Shown in pieces: positions 52,972-56,045 of a DNA stretch of 56,045 nt. Both the position numbers and the translations under genes were made by a program. Origin of the DNA: a virus. Lineage: Duplodnaviria; Caudoviricetes. The notes under the pieces are model-generated. The model was not told the DNA's origin and made no database searches. It saw only the letters and a program-made list of their open reading frames with translations. The stretch spans positions 1 to 56,045 of IMG/VR virus record IMGVR_UViG_3300036790_000795; one strand, written 5' to 3'. Every line of letters starts with the position of its first letter. The first letter of the stretch is position 1.

Positions 52972-53340
52972 ATGAGCGCGGGGATCTCATTCAGGACCGA
53001 GCGTCGTGCGGGCTGGGTTGCCCCGATCTCCTCTGGTCGCTTCGCTGGCCTGGAGATGATGGAGCGCCAGGACGCGCAGGCTCAGCAGCGCGCATTGAAG
53101 GCCGCGAAGCCATCACGTATCGACCAGGAACGCCAGTCGCAGGCCGCGAGTGCCGAGGCACTGGCGTGGGTGCGCTCAACCGAATGCCCAGCGTGGCTTG
53201 AGAGCTACGCCGTCCTCGTCGCGATGGAGCTGAGGAGTGTGCTTGGCAACGGGAACGTGACCGTGGCTCGGGTGATCGCCCGCATTCATAAGCGGTGGCC
53301 CGAGCTGTTTGACAACGAGAAGGGAGCGCAGGAACAGTGA
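52972..53340 (+). CDS. hypothetical protein
   Basis: ORF in operon. Confidence 0.55.
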   Translation: MSAGISFRTERRAGWVAPISSGRFAGLEMMERQDAQAQQRALKAAKPSRIDQERQSQAASAEALAWVRSTECPAWLESYAVLVAMELRSVLGNGNVTVARVIARIHKRWPELFDNEKGAQEQ

Positions 53341-53906
53341 GCGAGATCAAGACAGTTGAGGGCCGAGTGCTCTACATGGCTGAGAGTGCAACCGATGTGC
53401 GAACGGCGCTCCAGGAGGCAGTCGGGAGCGGCGCCAACCTGAGCGGCGCCGTCCTGAGCGACGCCTACCTGAGCGACGCCGTCCTGAGAGGCGCCGACCT
53501 GAGCGACGCCATGCGTCCCGGCCATTTTCTCTGGGCGTTCCGTCTCGACCTACACGCCGTGCTCGACGCTGCGCCGGCTGAGGTCACAGGCTTGCGCGCC
53601 GCGTTGACGGACGGCCAGATAGACGGTCGGGTCTACACGGGGGACTGTGCCTGTCTTGTCGGGACGATCGCAAAGCTCCGCGACTGTGCCCCGGAAGCAC
53701 TGGAGGGACTCACACCTGATGGGTCCCGGCCAGCTGAGCAGTGGTTCATCGCGATCCTGCCAGGTGATCGTGCGGTTGAGGATCTCGCCAAGGCCGCAGT
53801 TGGCGAGGGTCCTTGGCGCGCGTCGCTGGCGCTCCAGTGGATCGACGAATGGGTCGAGATCCGCAAGCACGTCGGCGCGATCCTCGCGGAGGCCAAGGCG
53901 GCGTGA
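53337..53906 (+). CDS. pentapeptide repeat protein
   Basis: ANLSGAVLSDAYLSDAVLRGADLSDA; GQIDG..Y.G.CACLVGTIA..RPAEQWF domain. Confidence 0.85.
   Translation: MSEIKTVEGRVLYMAESATDVRTALQEAVGSGANLSGAVLSDAYLSDAVLRGADLSDAMRPGHFLWAFRLDLHAVLDAAPAEVTGLRAALTDGQIDGRVYTGDCACLVGTIAKLRDCAPEALEGLTPDGSRPAEQWFIAILPGDRAVEDLAKAAVGEGPWRASLALQWIDEWVEIRKHVGAILAEAKAA
53427..53510 (+). repeat. 15-bp tandem repeat (pentapeptide coding)
   Basis: AGCGRCGCCnnCCTG, about 5.6 copies. Confidence 0.85.
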
Positions 53907-54340
53907 GCACCGTAGTGGACACCCGGCGAGTCCCGCAGCGCGGGACTCGTTATCCGGCACGGATGATGCAGCGCGCCTGCGAGCTGAGAGAGGCTGAATG
54001 GCCAGTGCGTCGAGTCTCGGAGCTCTTGGCTCGCGAGTTCAGCGTGCGCGCTCCCCATGCGACGACGATCCGCAGGTGGACGGAGCCGGGGTTCGCCGAG
54101 CAGCAGAACCGCGAAGGCAAAGAGCGCGGTGTCCTCAAATGGCTCCAGAACAATCCGCCCAGGCCGCACAAAGTCAGCGCCCTGCGCGCGACGGTGCTCA
54201 TGGTCAAGATGCGCGAGCGGGGCTTGTCGTGGCGTGCGATCACGATCGTCGCCGAACTGTGGTGGGCCTCCACGCTGACCCAGGATCAGGTGCAGGATCG
54301 CGTCGAAGTGGCGATGCAAGAGACTGAGGCTCCGGCGTGA
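53903..54340 (+). CDS. double-HTH DNA-binding protein
   Basis: PHATTIRRW and RERGLSWRAI motifs. Confidence 0.65.
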   Translation: MSTVVDTRRVPQRGTRYPARMMQRACELREAEWPVRRVSELLAREFSVRAPHATTIRRWTEPGFAEQQNREGKERGVLKWLQNNPPRPHKVSALRATVLMVKMRERGLSWRAITIVAELWWASTLTQDQVQDRVEVAMQETEAPA

Positions 54341-54609
54341 GCGCCATCGGCAAGAACCTTCAGGCGTTTCGCGTCGCGGTCAACAGCCACGACCGCGAGA
54401 ACCCGACGCATACTGCCTACGGCATTGGCCTCTCAGGCTTCGACATGGAGCGCCTGGGCTTCGACGACGGCGAGACACTATGGGAGGGCATCACGATCCA
54501 CCGTGATAGCGGGCAGTCGGGCATGTGCCGGGTGCCCTGCGACGGCGAGCATGCTCAGCCGAAGATCCTGGAGGCCGAGACGCCGAAGGCGATCGGAGTC
54601 GAGGCGTGA
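54337..54609 (+). CDS. hypothetical protein
   Basis: GTGA coupling. Confidence 0.6.
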   Translation: MSAIGKNLQAFRVAVNSHDRENPTHTAYGIGLSGFDMERLGFDDGETLWEGITIHRDSGQSGMCRVPCDGEHAQPKILEAETPKAIGVEA

Positions 54610-54788
54610 GTGCGCCGGCAATCGAGTTGACGCCGCAGCTTCGCGCCCGAATCGAAGATTCGCTAATCGCGATCGGGCGCCAGCGCTGGCCCGGACGCCA
54701 GGTCGTTGTTCGCTACATCGATCCGGACACGGTCGCTGAGAGCACCGCGGCCGGGAGCCACGACGATCGAGGCCAGGATGCTGCGTAG
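54606..54788 (+). CDS. small protein convergent with and overlapping the integrase 3' end (possible RDF)
   Basis: GTGA coupling; last gene of the early operon. Confidence 0.45.
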   Translation: MSAPAIELTPQLRARIEDSLIAIGRQRWPGRQVVVRYIDPDTVAESTAAGSHDDRGQDAA

Positions 54789-56045
54789 TAGCTGCCCGAA
54801 GAGATACGCGTCGTCGCCGTCAAGGATGCCCTGTGCGTTGAGCGTCTCGCGTGCCTGCTGTGCGCGGGCGAGCCTACGGTATGCGTCCTGTGCGGTTTCG
54901 AGTGCTTCAGCTCTGGCCGTGAGGTTCTCGTGGTAGCGGTGCCCAAGTACGCGCCTGGCTGTGAGGTCGGCCGCAAAAGCGCTGAGCTCAGCCTCGGCTT
55001 CGGTCATGGCGCGCTCCGCGAGAGTGAGATGGTCGGCTGGAATATCGCGCGCTTCGAGCTGGAAGGCGGCGAAGACGGGGCGCATCTGATCACGGACATG
55101 ACCCTCCAGGCGGTCGGCAACGATGTGTGCGCCGCGGGCGCACCGGGCGCCTTTGAAGTAGGAGAGCGTCGCTTGGCAACGGTAGGTGCGGACACCGGGC
55201 TTCGGGCCGCCACGGCCACCGACCATCGCATTGCCGCATGTTTCGCAGACCGCGAGGCCGCTCAACGGGAAGATGGCGCTCTTGCGACGCGTTGTCGGCT
55301 CGTGCTGGGCGGCCTCCCATACGGCTCGTGTGACGAGCGGCTCGTGCGCTTCGGCGTTGACGAGACTCCCGTGCATGACTTCGCCGAGATAGACCCTGTT
55401 GGCGAGCGTGCGCCTCGCCGTGGAAGGCGTCCATGTGCGCTCCGGAGCGTGCGCGAGGAGATAGGCGTGGGCGACTTGGATGCCTTGGCTGGCAGCGAGA
55501 TGGTAGGCCTGGGTGATGTGGGTGCCCTCGACGGGGTGCGGCGTGAGCGTGCCGCCGGGTTCTCGCAGGTATCCGTAGGGGGTGGGGGAGATCTTGGCGC
55601 CACGGTCTACGGCCCGTCCCTTGGCCGTCTTCCAGCCTTGGACGAGGTTGTCGCGTTCGAGCTTGGAGACGGCGAGCATGATCGTCAGCAGCGCGGAGCC
55701 CATTGGCCCTGTCGTGTCGATTTCCTCCGTGACGAACACGAGATGGGCACCGAGGCCCTGGATGCGTTCGACGTCCTGGATTGCTTCAGCGACATTGCGC
55801 GCGAAACGGTTGATCTTCCAGCACGCGATGCCGCCCGTTTCGCTGCTCTCGACGCGCCGCATTGCCTCTCGGAGCCCTGGGCGGTCTTGCGTGCCGCCGG
55901 ACTGGTCTTCGTCGATGTGCCACTTGATGATCTCGATGCCGCGGTAGTCGGCCCAACGGATGATGGCCTCGCGCTGTACGCTCGGGGAGATGTAGCCTGG
56001 GCCTTCGCGGCCCATGCGGCGGCTGACCCTGATGTAGCCGTCCAT
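54663..56045 (-). CDS. int: large serine integrase/recombinase
   Basis: YIRVS catalytic Ser, SGG..RPGL, RFARN, PYGY, NRVYLGE, HEPLV, CETCG..YRC Zn ribbon, coiled coil. Confidence 0.96.
   Translation of the reverse strand: MDGYIRVSRRMGREGPGYISPSVQREAIIRWADYRGIEIIKWHIDEDQSGGTQDRPGLREAMRRVESSETGGIACWKINRFARNVAEAIQDVERIQGLGAHLVFVTEEIDTTGPMGSALLTIMLAVSKLERDNLVQGWKTAKGRAVDRGAKISPTPYGYLREPGGTLTPHPVEGTHITQAYHLAASQGIQVAHAYLLAHAPERTWTPSTARRTLANRVYLGEVMHGSLVNAEAHEPLVTRAVWEAAQHEPTTRRKSAIFPLSGLAVCETCGNAMVGGRGGPKPGVRTYRCQATLSYFKGARCARGAHIVADRLEGHVRDQMRPVFAAFQLEARDIPADHLTLAERAMTEAEAELSAFAADLTARRVLGHRYHENLTARAEALETAQDAYRRLARAQQARETLNAQGILDGDDAYLFGQLLRSILASIVVAPGRGALSDRVRIDVANNDLASGPALAPDRD

Larger units (their letters stand above)
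1..56045. mobile_element. Temperate siphophage / prophage (HK97-type head, long non-contractile tail, serine integrase)
   Basis: Complete set of terminase, portal, protease, capsid, tail, tape measure, lysis, cI/cro and integrase modules; no host housekeeping genes; att sites not visible in the window. Confidence 0.96.

Noticed and set aside
53427-53510. Tandem repeat as a CRISPR array
   Set aside because: 15-bp contiguous coding repeats of a pentapeptide protein; no spacers and no cas genes
44134-54788. Many early proteins ending in -AA as ssrA-like degrons
   Set aside because: Adequately explained by overlapping GGAGGC-GC RBS and stop-start coupling; cannot be separated from a degron role using sequence alone

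Overview
The window is an apparently near-complete temperate siphophage or prophage (~56 kb, high GC, actinobacterial style; a Thermoleophilia/Solirubrobacterales-like host is my inference only). It runs from the start of an amino-methyltransferase gene (1) to the start of a large serine integrase (56045, minus strand). Gene order: accessory/early genes with two DNA methyltransferases (1-9.6 kb); HNH, terS, terL, portal, protease and HK97-type capsid (9.6-17 kb); neck and tail, including a tape measure with lysozyme and NlpC/P60 domains (17-29.5 kb); an inverted membrane/secreted moron (29.5-31 kb); a lysis cassette with a signal-peptide GH25 endolysin, holin, papain-like peptidase and nucleoside phosphorylase (31-35.7 kb); a second structural module (35.7-38.1 kb); a lysogeny accessory island (38.3-43.8 kb); a cI/cro switch (43.6-44.4 kb); early recombination/replication genes (44.4-54.8 kb); and the integrase. 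The best candidate for an undescribed system sits beside the cI/cro switch. It comprises PadR, a secreted protein resembling the anti-sigma sensor domain, a small secreted Cys protein, a membrane anti-sigma and an ECF sigma, and could be an extracellular signalling or sensing circuit. Other oddities: a C5-methyltransferase split over two fully overlapping frames, a divergent Doc/RHH pair, a 3D-domain gene with a probable ATC start behind a structured leader, gene-start duplications, and a frameshifted replication initiator. All family assignments come from motif recognition by eye; no searches were run.
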